DNA of 64,000 nt from Hemiscyllium ocellatum (Eukaryota), in NCBI RefSeq assembly GCF_020745735.1, contig NW_026867490.1:434001-498000 (forward strand), written 5' to 3'. Within the stretch, counting starts at the first letter, position 1. The number at the start of each line of letters is the position of its first letter. This document shows, one piece after another, positions 12,672 through 24,220 of this stretch. Position numbers and translations under genes: made by a program. The notes beneath the pieces were generated by a model that did no database searches, was not told the DNA's origin, and worked only from the letters and a program-made list of their open reading frames with translations.

Positions 12672-12907
12672 GTCCAATGTGTTTTGCTGAGAAAGCACAG
12701 CCAATCAGGCAGCATATGAGGAGCAGATAATCGACGTTTTGGGCATAAGCCCTTTACTGGAAATGTATGTCCCTTCATCAGGTGTCAGAATCACTTAGAT
12801 ATGTGTGACTAATGTTGAAAGGCTTGTAGGGCTTTTATCCAAAACGTCGATTCTCCTCCTCCTCGGATGTTTCCTGATCTGCGGTGCTCTGCAGTCCTCA
12901 CCTTCTC
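12672..12907. mobile_element. Palindromic Penelope-like insert with decayed hammerhead-type core
   Basis: Inverted arms AATCGACGTTTTGGGCATAAGCCC / GGGCTTTTATCCAAAACGTCGATT, flanked by direct repeats TAATTCGAGGA(A/G)CTG. Confidence 0.7.
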
Positions 12908-14002
12908 CTAATTCGAGGAGCTGGAAAGACATTCCTCTTATTTAAATAGAGATCTGACAAAATGTGTTTGATGACTGTCATATCGAAAATGAAAAACATA
13001 CTGAAAGAATACATATTCTCCTGATGATTAGTGATCAAAGAAGCATTTTAATTTTAACTATCAGAATTTTAAACTTGTCTTTGTCCTACAGGTTTTATTT
13101 TAAATTAAATTTACTATCACTCTGTATTGGAACTATGATCACACATATATCTGTGGCAAATGTTGAAAGACTGACAACTTTCTGAAAAATGAAATTCTTC
13201 CACATCTATCTCTTAAGTGTAGCTGTGGGGAACTCAGTTGTCACAGTGCAAATAAATTAATGTGTACTTTCCAACCTGAAACCAACACGACGTGAGTTAC
13301 TTTTCCCTTCAGGCTGCGGGTGTTCCCGACTGAAATAATCCAAGGTCCAGAATTCAGTTGAATTCCTGCCCTGGTCTCCATTCCTTTCACTGCTGCCAGT
13401 CTGATGTGAGGAACCGATGAATAAATGAGCTGTGAGCTCTTGGATCACACCTGCTTAATCTGTCAGCAATGAGCCATCAGCGAGACTAGGTATTATTCAA
13501 CATTAACGGAATTCTTGAATTCAACAATTTCATTGTCAGTTTATTTTGTGTAAACCTGTATTCACAGCGTAGAATCATGACTTTTGCTTTCAATGCATTG
13601 TTTGCAAAGGCATCTGTCATAATTGAAACTAATGTTAAAATATACAGAATGTTTCACATAAAGGCATTGCTAACGTTGTTTTAATTATGCATTCTATGCA
13701 TTTCTACACTGTTGCATTATCAGGTGATATTTGGTGCCATATCTGGATGATGACATTTCTAAATGTCTGCAAATCGTGTCCCTGCAGATTCTGTTTCTCA
13801 AGTGTTGCGTTCAGCAATGACATTTGAAGACTTTGCAAAGACCGTTAGTTAAAGACATTCGACCACTGCTGTTACTGTTTAAACTTTGCAAAAATGTCAT
13901 CAGATTTGACATAAAACATAGACGTAGTTCATCTTCTCTGCTATCTGCTAACTCCACTAAGATTGTCCATGAGTTGTATGAGGGGATATTCACGATCCGT
14001 TA

Positions 14003-14310
14003 TTAGATTAGATTACTTACATTGTGGAAACATGCCCTTCGGCACAACAAGTCCACACTGACACACCGAAGCGCAAACCACCCATACCCCTACATTTACG
14101 CCTTTTCTAACATTACGGTCAATTTAGCATGGCCAATTCACCTGGCCCGCACATCTTTAGATTGTGTGAGGAAACCGGAGCACCCAGAGGAAACTCACGC
14201 AGACACGGGGAGAATGTGCAAACTCCACCCAGTCAGTCGCCTGAATCTGGAATTGAACCCCAGTCTCAGGCGCTGTGAGACAGCAGTGCTAACCACTGTG
14301 CCACCGTGCC
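14003..14310 (-). mobile_element. HE1-type V-SINE, full length
   Basis: Reverse complement starts GGCACGGTGGCACAGTGGTTAGCACTGCTG (tRNA head), has V-domain TTTGCACATTCTCCCCGTGTCTGCGTG and ends GTAAGTAATCTAATCTAA. Confidence 0.92.
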
Positions 14311-15020
14311 GACTCTTTTGCGGTCTGACACCATGATATGTTAATGAGAGACGCAGGGGCAGAAATCGAATAATCTGAAAAGCTAAGCGACTGCGAAAAG
14401 AAATACATTGATTACTAGCACTAAGAAAGCAATTGCAAGAGGACAATGCCTCTACATGACTGCTCCTATCAACTCAGTAAAAAATAAGAGTGATTTCAGG
14501 TGCAAATTAACTTCACAGTGAGGCATTGGCAGAGGAAATTGGGTGCAGTTACCAATTCTCCCTGAAAATGCACGTGACATATCCGGTTTCTCCTGTTCAT
14601 TCGTTTGTATGCTGCTAACATCAAGTGACACCAGAAAATTTTTGTCTGCTGCATCCCACATAGAAATTTCCCAGTCACCACTTCACAAACTCAGTCTAAC
14701 TTGTGATGGAGCATGAAAAATGAACCACTCAATCTAATTTCAAAAACTGCATTCTTGCACGGAAACTACTTCTTTCAGATCATTAAACGCTAATGCGAAT
14801 TGTCCGCTCAGTTTGACTTCAAGCTGAATCTCAGACCAGTTGAAGATCAAATTGGTTCAACATTTAGTGAGTCTGCATATTGTTCCTTTTGTCAGTTAGT
14901 GGCAACCTGACTGTGTTTACGTATCATTTTCTGAACATGCGAGCGCACAATTGATGTCTCTCTTCTTTCACATAAACGTTGACGTTGTCCTAACTCGTTC
15001 ATCCTATCACATTAAACACA

Positions 15021-15040
15021 GGAAGTGACATCAAATAAAA
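15021..15040 (+). promoter_or_regulatory. TCR V-type promoter: Ets core + CRE-like decamer AGTGACATCA + TATA-like AATAAAA
   Basis: GGAAGTGACATCAAATAAAA lies about 95 nt upstream of the leader ATG at 15129. Confidence 0.6.
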
Positions 15041-15128
15041 GGCAGCCAGTGCTGTCAGCTTTGTGTTGTCTGATGTTGTTGTGATTTCTGAGGCACAGAA
15101 ACATTTCTCACATTCCGGCGCAACAGTA

Positions 15129-15640
15129 ATGTGGCTCTCCATTGTCTCTCTGGTCGTCGTTACTTCCATTATTGGGAATAACTAAATTTTTAAATCGCAT
15201 TTACTTTCTCGAGGAATAAATTTGACAAATACCATACTTGCTTTTGGCAAGTATCGGAGCTGGATTGGAACACTTTTTGGTTTTAACATACACTTTGCGA
15301 TCAATCTTGAATGTGGAACAAAAGTACACGGAAAACAATATAGAAGTGAGCTTTGGGAACGAAGCTATATTGAGAGATTATAGCTGTCACAAAACAGCGT
15401 ATAAGCTTCAGATCCTTTGGCCAATAATGAGAAGACTGACGGACAAATGGACTGAAGTATTTAGAATGAAGCAAATATGTTTGGCTTCGGACATGGAGAG
15501 GAATAGACCACTTGTGAAGAATTTCAGGTCTGTAAGTTTAAATGAGAAAATGCCCGTGGCAGAGTCTCTGAAATGAAGATTTGAAGAGAAATATATTTAA
15601 CGTCAGACCAGGCAGAAATATGTATGTCATTACGGCATGA
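15129..15640 (+). pseudogene. TCR-type V pseudogene with leader exon (V-L, copy 1)
   Basis: Leader MWLSIVSLVVVTSII+G with mutated donor. Downstream frameshifted V-like text VEQ...EVSFGNEAILR...KLQILW and GRVSEMKI*REIYLTSDQAEICMSLR. Confidence 0.55.
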
Positions 15641-15893
15641 AGCATTTGGAGAAAACAGGAATGATTTATTTAAAAGGAAGCCAGATAAACGGGTGCAGGT
15701 GAATCGGATGGAGTGTTTTTTGCAAGCACGGGAGGAAGAAATAGGCAAGACGCCAGTGTTTACACATTGGCATGAGCCTGACTGTAAAAAATGAACGTCT
15801 TTTCTGCTCTCGGTAAGAAAGTGTTGCGAATTTAGTTGAGTTCACTCATACATTTTATCACTGATTTCAGCTTTCCCTTACATTGTGTTTCAG

Positions 15894-16206
15894 AGCTGAA
15901 CGATGCAGATTCTGTCACTCAGCGGAAGACCTCTCTTTAAACTGCACCTACAGCTGAAATGATCATTACTTATTCTGGTACTGTTTGTAGCCGGGCAGAC
16001 AGTCTGAGTTCGCAATCCAGAGGCAAAAGAGTAGTATTTCTGAAAACTAGGCGGATTTCGCTCAGAACCACTTTCCTGATACTGTCCAGCAGGCAGAGAA
16101 GTTTTCCTGATTGACCATCTCAGAGTTGGTGCTATCAGAATCCGCAGTCTATTAATGTGCAGCGACTCAGAGAAATGGGAAAGAATGAAAGCCTTGTACA
16201 ATATCT
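15894..16206 (+). pseudogene. TCR delta/alpha V pseudogene with 23-RSS (V-d, copy 1)
   Basis: Acceptor TGTTTCAG; DSVTQ..CTYS*NDHYLFWY..PGRQSEF..ADFAQNHF..LTISELVLSESAVY*CAA. RSS CAGAGAA-23-ACAATATCT (16168-16206). Confidence 0.92.
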
Positions 16207-16704
16207 GCTGCAGTATCTGTTTATCAGCTGCTGCCTGTTGAGGGCTGTTTATAACGGGTTACACACTGACACTTATTTACATTCCCGTGAAGAAATGCTT
16301 GAAGACGATCTGTCAGAAGACAATCTAAAGTCATTCACATGGATTGGTGATATTGATTATTGAACTGATTATGAGACGTTTCTCATTGGCACCCTTGTAT
16401 TTGGTGATGTGTGGACAACCCGGCTCACTTTCATTGAGAATACAGATTGTGAAACTGGCTTGTCGTTAACTGTATCCACTGATCTCCTGATGGAAACAGC
16501 CTGGAATCTCATCATTTTCGATAGCACATACTGAATGAACAGCAGTCGGTCATTGATGAAAATCTGAATCATCACACTAACATGATTGATCATATCTCAA
16601 TATTGAAGTACAGATATTAAAGATTGAAAACCCACAATAATGCAAAATATAGAGGGAATATTTTCGGGACATGATGAGAAGTTAACTAGCTATGACATTA
16701 TCAG

Positions 16705-17100
16705 AAAACGACTTACAAACATCTTAACAGGACTAAAGAATATGAGGTACAATGAGAAGCTGAGACACTTTTTCCCTGAGAGAAAGAAAGTGTAGGATGT
16801 GGAAAGACGAACAAAAAGAGATCATAACATTATCAGGGGTGTGTACAAGGTGAATATTAAAGTTCTCTTCGCCTGGGTACGCGAGTTCAAACCTGGAGTA
16901 CAAATTTTTAAGCTGGGTGTGGAGAGATTTCGGGGAACTTTGGGGGTAATTTTGTCACGTAGGGGTTGATGTGTACGTGCAAATAACAGCCCAAGAAAGC
17001 GGTAGATGTAGGAGCAATTATAACATTTCAGAAATATTTATGAAGGCGCGAGATTGACAGAATGAATTGTATCTTTGCTGCATTGCTCCATGACTCTAAT
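16705..17100 (+). mobile_element. Old CR1 LINE 3' remnant
   Basis: Decayed match to the ORF2 C-terminus (RFT..L.GL...Y.E.L...F.L..ERF.G.L.GNF), ending CCATGACTCTA. Confidence 0.65.
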
Positions 17101-17439
17101 CTGAGAAAACAGGCGCTCTTTGTTCTTGCAACATTTGGGATCAAAACATCTGATTGCAAAAAAAAGTGTTCATGGTACCGTATTTTAATCGAGATTTTAG
17201 GAACTTGAACTCATTTGTTCAGGCATTTTAGGAGTAAAATGTATCTGTTTTATTATTTTCTTACCCATCTTACAGTGTAATCCTACTGCTTTGAAATATA
17301 CATTGCTGATAGGAATACATGGCCAGGTCGGATATTTTGGGAAGATTTCTTGTGTGAATCTATGTATCAATAGAGAAGAAATTCTCTAATCTCTTGCATT
17401 GCGTATTGTTCGAATGTATTCGATATAAGACACAGAGTA

Positions 17440-18922
17440 AACCCAGCCTATCGAGCGTATTCTGACATTGAATGTTGGCTGTTAAAGATTCTCAAAATCA
17501 TTCTCCCATTTTCTCGCCATAAGCCGTTGATCTGTTTGATGCCCAACAACCTCTCTATCTCCGTCTGAAATATGGTCAATGATTTATCCTCTACAACCTT
17601 CTGTGGCAAAGAATTCCATAAAGTCACCACTGTCTGGCTGAAGAAGTTTCTCCTTATTTCCGTTCGAAAAAGTGTTCCCTTCCCTCTAAGGCAACGTCGT
17701 CGAGTTCTAGTCTCTTGTTCAAATGGAATCATCTTCTTAACATTGGTAATTTTCAACTCGATGCCCTCTCGTCTTTTTGAAGTCTATCGACTATAAACCC
17801 AGAGTGCTCAAATATTCCTCATATGTTAAGCATTTTATTCCTGGGACCATTCCTCTGAATCTCCTCTGAACATGCTCCAGGGACATTACATCCTTCTTGA
17901 GATATGGGGCACAAAACTACGCACAATACTTCAGTGGTGGTCTGACCAGTGCCTTATCGAGCTTCAGAAGCACATCATTGCAATTACCTTCAAATCCTCT
18001 TGAAGTCAACGTCATCATTTCATTAACCTTTCTTACTACTGAATAAACGTGAAATGGTACATCGGAAGAATCCTGGACTAGAACTCCCAAGAACCTTTGC
18101 ACCTCAGACTTTGAATTTTCTTTCCATTTAGGAAATAACCGTTGCCTATCATTACTGGGCAAATGATCGGACACTTGGTAGTGTGGATGAGCAGAGGGAT
18201 CTTGGTGTCCATGTACACAGAACTCTGCAAGTTGCCACACAGGTAAATAGTGCTGTGAAGAAGGCATATGGCGTACTGGCTTTTATTGGTTGAGGAATTG
18301 AGTTTCCGGTCTCCTGAGGCCATGTTGCAGTTGTATAAGAGTCTGGTGCGCCCGCCTCTGGAGTATTGTGTGCAGTTTTGGTCGCCATACTATGGGAAGG
18401 ACGTGGAAGCACTGGAACAGGTGCAGAGGAGGTTTACAAGGATGTTGCCTGGTATGGTAAGAAGATCGTATGCGGAAAGGCTGAGGCACTTGGGTCTGTT
18501 TTCATTGGAGAAAAGAAGGTTTTGTGGGGACTTGATAGAGGTGTACAAGATGATTAGGGGTTTAGATAGGGTTGACCATGAGAACCTTTTTCCACGTATG
18601 GAGTCAGCTATTACGAGGGGTCAAAGCTTTAATTTAAGGGGTGGTAGGCACTGGACAGATGATAGGGGTAGATTTGGTTACTCAGCGAGTCGTGAGTTCA
18701 TGGAACGCCCTGTCAGTAGCAGTGGTGGACTCTCCCTCTTTATGGGCATTTAAAAGGGCATTGGATAGACATATGGAGGATAGTGGTCTAGTGTAGATTA
18801 GGTGGGCTTGGGTCGGCGCAACATCGAGGGCTGAAGGGACTGTACTGCGCTGTACTTTTCTATGTTTTATGTTCTATGTTCTATATTCTTCCCACCCAAA
18901 TGCATGATCTCACACTTTCCCA
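17440..18922 (-). mobile_element. CR1 LINE 3' fragment, interrupted by a nested CR1
   Basis: Minus ORF RTEIRRNFFSQTVVTLWNSLPQKVVE. The element resumes after 18884 with ATTCTTCCCACCCAAATGCATGATCTCACACTTTCCCAC. Confidence 0.85.
18150..18884 (+). mobile_element. Younger CR1 LINE 3' fragment nested in the older CR1
   Basis: ORF LYKSLVRPPLEYCVQFWSPYYGKDVEALEQVQRRFTRMLPG; TTCTATG-type tandem tail ending 18884. Confidence 0.92.
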
Positions 18923-18935
18923 CTTCGTCCTCCAC

Positions 18936-19134
18936 CCTTGTCCGAATTGCCAAAGTTACCAACTTCTCAAGTTCAGATTTCAGTGAGTCAACATTTGTCC
19001 TTGAGGAGAATGGATTTATGCTTTTATTTTCCTGTTCCTGCATCAACCCGTTTATTTATGCTGGAACCCAAAATAAATTCAGAATTGCGTTAAAGAATGA
19101 GATTAAATATCCAGTGTGTCGATTTCTTAAATAA
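18936..19134 (+). pseudogene. GPR139-like GPCR 3' fragment (ECL3-TM7-C terminus)
   Basis: LVRIAKVTNFSSSDFSESTFVLEENGFMLLFSCSCINPFIYAGTQNKFRIALKNEIKYPVCRFLK*, paralogous to 5644-5842, with 3'UTR similarity. The 5' part is absent. Confidence 0.9.
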
Positions 19135-19622
19135 TTCAAAACATGAAAATGGAAATATTCTATGTTAGCCATCTGCAATGTTCCAAAAGTATAACGTAAT
19201 AATACTAAGGCAAGAAATGTGCAATTTAAACAGACATAATGTGTAGTAATAATGAGTAGTGTCAGGAATTCTTTCACGTTTTATGCATTTGATGTTGTTT
19301 AATGTGACCAGATAAACCAATCTTTGTTGTTTTCCATAATTACATACATAATGTAAACGTAAAAAGATGATTTTTCTGATATAAATCTAAACACTATATC
19401 CTGTATAATTGACTGAGGCTATGTTTCGTTAAAGTATCGGATTTTAATGATCTATTGACCAAATAACTGAGCTATTTTCCATTGTGCCAAGCTATTGTTT
19501 TATGAACAGGAATGCAAGGGATTTCAGTGATCTGTCAAAAATACTCCAAAATAAATTAAGCATAAATATACAATTGTGATGGAACTTAACCAAATGTTGT
19601 ACCAAGGAATCTGAGACAATAA

Positions 19623-20169
19623 TGTTTCTATGCTCAGTAGAAATAGCTTTCTGTCACTGAGTCTGAGAGATCAGTCCGGAGATCGAGTCAGCTCCATTTC
19701 TGAAATAGAAGAAGCGTTGAATTTATTCAATTTTTGGAGCTTTAGAAAGGTATCAACAAAATTTGCTGTGAATTCAGAACCTCTGATGTGTTTCCACGCC
19801 ATGAGTTCAGGTTGTGAGTCGAAGTATTGCCGGTAGCAGAATAAATAATATTCATTGCTGGTGGGATAATACGAACAAGTTGAAATCCCTGCTACAATGT
19901 AAAGCTGTTGTTCATTTATCCCATGAGTTCAGCACAGTTTACGGGCAGATTTAAAGTTATAACTTAACTTAAAACAAGAACTGTGGTCGCAATTCATTCT
20001 AGTGCACAAATCTTTCGCAGTATTGTTAGATTTCTGTCAATCGCAATGGTCTTGCAGCGCCCAATACTTTCATCCAGTGCTTCATGTGATGTGAAGTAAA
20101 TGGAATTGGCTGAGGCCTGGCTTTTGTGATGATCAGTACAACACCAACAAACAGCACCAATCTGCTCAT
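19623..20169 (-). pseudogene. TCR delta/alpha V pseudogene with leader and 23-RSS (V-e, copy 1)
   Basis: Leader MSRLVLFVGVVLIITK (20169-20121); V TCSYYPTSNEYYLFCYRQYFDSQPELMAWKH...SEMELT. RSS CTCAGTG-23-ATAGAAACA (19661-19623). Confidence 0.85.
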
Positions 20170-22738
20170 CTCTTCTTACTCCTATTATGTGGGATAATAA
20201 CACCGCACATACTGTGGAGTTCGGTATTAGTTGGTTTTATGGTGTATGTTGGTATTGTTGTGGTGACTACAGATATGTCTGTTCTGTCATTCAATAAAAG
20301 AATATCTGATCTGCATCAAGTAGAATCGCCAAACAACGTCGTGCATCCTGCGAAATCACATATGCAGACGTTGTGGTGAATTCACCAAGACTGACCTCAA
20401 GGTTTCTGACTTAGAAACATTTGATGCTTGAGTATTCATTGTACACTTGAGAAATGCCTCAGCCAACGGATAACCTCTTGCGTTGAGTTAAATACGTGCA
20501 GTAATGTATCTTTTGCGAGAACAGGAAACCTCAGTAGGTGTATCAAATGGTCGTTTCTCGTTATGATTTAGATTTAAATTTTTAGTTGAATGTTTTATCG
20601 TTATATTGACATGACCACGATTTTTCTGACAGCAGTTGAACATAAACGGGATTGACAAGTTCTCTGATTTCAGCGATTTTTTTCCATTTGGTTTAATTTA
20701 AGCTGGGAACATAGAGAAGCAGTTATACTGGAAAGAGGGTCCATGCTTCATTCAATGATCTCTGGCTGATCCTCTCTGCAAGCTCTGACTTGGACGAACC
20801 TGTGCTTGAATTTACCTTTTTTTTTACCAAGTGGTGTGTTTGTGCAATTCCAGAAATTGGAACAAGGTCATTAACTTCCCACAGAGTCGGTTGGTTTCTA
20901 AGATAATTTAAGTCATTGTATATTCCATTCTAATTTGTTTTGGTTTCAAATTGTCGTCTGTCCATAAATTCTGTTTTGTTTAAAACTGATTGGTTTGACC
21001 AGATTTGTCGGTCATGGAATGTCCACGTTTATTTGTTAAAAAATTGAGAAAACTTAGGATCTGGTCTGCCTTGTTGAAATGTTTCAAGGGGTCCTGCTTG
21101 GTCCAGAACACATTTTAGCGCAGAAACAGCAAAAAGAAAAGGGAACGACCAGGTCACCTCGCCCCTTCCTCCATGAGACCGCACAGCCTGGAATTCAAAA
21201 ACACAGATTCATCCATTCATCTGCGAACACACACGAGTGAATCATCCCGGCAAGATGCAGCGAGAATTTCACCATCACCACCGTCAAGTACCCAGGCCCA
21301 GGCTTGACTTATAGCCATGCCACTTCCTCTGCTCTTTCACAGTCTGTTGTGTCTCTTCAAGACATATTTTTGTCCATTCATGGCACAAAAGTGCACTGCA
21401 TTCTGCTGCTGATTATGTTGGATCGATTTCTGAGTTAAAGTGTTTGATAGGAGCAGCACAAAACTTTGATAAAGTGAGTGTGCTTCAGGTTTTTCTTGGT
21501 TTTGAACCTAGGTGATATTTTCTTCAGATACTGCAGGATACGCTCCCAATTTTCTTTATTGGTATCGTGCTTTAGTACTTACAACTCATGTACATACTCA
21601 ATTATTGTGATTTTAGAGGAACTGTATATGAAACATATGCGGCAGTATTCCACGTAATGACTTGAAGTCGTTGTTAACAACCCTCATCTTGTGTTCAAAG
21701 ATGATGCTTTAGCAAAATCCAGTGATGACCTGGCTTCTTAACAAGGTTGTTATTCTTAGAAGCTAGTTTCACTTCCATCTGAATGTTCCAAATTAAAATT
21801 GCAAAAAAAAATAATTATCTGCACCGCAGCTTTAATGCACATTCTAATGTATATCACTGAATTAATAGCTGCGTGTTAATACAGTACACTTTTTTATTCG
21901 CTCCTGTAAAGTGTTAAACTGGCGTGCAATTCCCTCGTGGGTCGTTTTTATCCAAATGATGGTCCATCATAAAAAAAAAGCCAGTTTGGATTGGAGCCAA
22001 CTGGAGGTAACTTGCATCAGATCACATGTGCACTTGATCTGATTTTTGGCAGACAAACTACACTGACCTGATATTGCACATAAGTATTGTGTCAGTGTTT
22101 CTGCAACTTATCAAGGTGCTGAACCAGATTTACGCACAAGTATGATTGTTCTGAATCGGATACATTTGCACTGAGTGTAACAGTCTAAATCTGAGGGTTT
22201 GATTATAATAGCACAGACGTGGTGATGTATCAGTGAAGACTTGACTTCATGCATCTCGTTGTAATTACTTTGAAGGATTTATCTATAATTTTGTTGCAAC
22301 CAATTGCGTTCTCGGTTTTCAAAATCATTTTGACCTTGTCGAATGATCAAACAGAAAAAAAAAATTATCCTAAGTGAGAAAATGTTTATGTCCTTCAAGA
22401 CAATTTATTTTTGTCAGACTGTTCAGTAATGCAGATGTCCACTTTTAAACAAAAAACAAGTAACTGTCTTTATTTTATGTAATGGAATGCAACTTGGACA
22501 CTTCTACAAACTCCGAACACTTCCTATAGGAGTAGTGAATTAGACCATGAAAAGCAATCGATTCTATTTTAACAGAAGCTTCAGTCAAACAGCAGCTGCA
22601 CTGACCTGTTTTGTTTTAGTAATTGGTAATTAACATAAATGATGTAATATCTGAATTTCTCCCTGCGGACTTACCACCCTCTACAACAATGATCGTTTTT
22701 GCGGTGAAGTGCATATTGCACTCGAGTTTTCATTAGAA

Positions 22739-22808
22739 ATGCACGGAATACCAGAAGGTCTGGTGTTTGCCATCTACTACCCCATCATTGCAATAATTGG
22801 AGTGCCAG
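22739..22808 (+). CDS. GPR139-like GPCR copy 2, coding exon 1
   Basis: MHGIPEGLVFAIYYPIIAIIGVP+G; donor GTGATG at 22809. Confidence 0.9.
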
Positions 22809-24220
22809 GTGATGTATTGAACTTCAGCTGTAACTTCGTGTTTCATAATTCAACTGCATCAGTTCTTCATTTTGTCGCTAACAAATCCCCATGATAGATA
22901 TTGTTCCTGCTTTTAACTAGTATCGTCTATCACTTCAATGTTACAAATTATTCTGTTTATTTGATAAAATGTCTGTATTTTAATACAGTCATTCTCTCCA
23001 TTAACCGTTTTACCTGATCACTTAACCTTATAATTTGTGTCATTGGCTGAGGTGATTTCGCTCCATCTGAATATTGTATTTTCTCTCATTCAACGTTGTA
23101 TTCTAGGACATAATCCACGTTGTTTCTTTGAAACACCTGCTTAATTTATCTCTTCAATGTTTGTGTGCCTTTATGCTCCAAGTTCCCCTTCATCACTTGA
23201 ATACTTTCCCGATTTATCATTATCAACACAAGATGATTGTTATATTTATTTCATTCACTGTCTCTGGGAGGGATGAATAGCATCATTATCTCGGTTGAAT
23301 GTAGTAATGCTGCATTACTAGTAACGCTTTATAATTCCAATTGCCACAAAATTACTGCAATGCAAACGTGTTAGATTTTAGATTAAAATATGCTTGTTAA
23401 TGGTGCAGAAATTTCAGATATTCTGTCGCATTTTTAGCAGAGGTAATGGTTCAGTTGGTTCTAAATATCCAGGAGTAATTATTTTCCCCAGGTTTCAGCA
23501 TCGTCATAAATTGCGAAATTAAGGCCCTTATTCAGGAAGTGGAGGTTTGGGTATTGGATGTTTCAGAAAACAGGAAACTACCCGCTAGTTCGTTTCACAT
23601 CTCTCAAAACATTTCCGTTCAAATTCATTGTAAAATTCATTACTACAGGACCATTGAGATAAAAGTAACTAGGCATTATAAATGTACTTTGTCAAAACAA
23701 ATCCACATTAAACTTTATTGAACTTTTTCAAAAATTCGTAACATAACGTGTGGAACATTTGAAAAATGCAGATTTCCAAAATGTATTTGGCAAGGTATCA
23801 TATCAATCGTTAATGTGAAGAATAATTGACACAGTGTAAGAATTGTTGCGTTTGCGTCGAGAGATAAACTTGCTAACAGAAAACCAAGAGGTGGCCAAAT
23901 GGTATTTTATTGGTACAATGCAAAATTTGGCGTAGCCCAAATGTTAGTGCTGATTGTCTGAACTTTTAGAATGTTTATGAATGCCATAGATAACGGTAAG
24001 AATGTATTATTATCAAAATGATGTGCCTCCGAAATAGATTTTAACATATGTTTCAAGAGTACGTAAGCTGGGTCTAAAAAAAAGTTAAGTAAGCAGAGAA
24101 AACTGATAAAGGATAATGTGAGATAAATGTGTAATTGCGCACGGTGGACGAAACAGTAAAAACCAAGCAAAATGTCCTAATGATCAGCATTTGCAGAAGT
24201 TATTTTACTTGTAGAGTCAA

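Noticed and set aside
18268-18753. 161-aa ORF (and 40820-41305) as a host gene
   Set aside because: It is a CR1 ORF2 C-terminal fragment.
22015-22100. Short 8-9 bp inverted repeats upstream of GPCR copy 2
   Set aside because: Length is within chance expectation for AT-rich DNA; recurrence only reflects the duplication.
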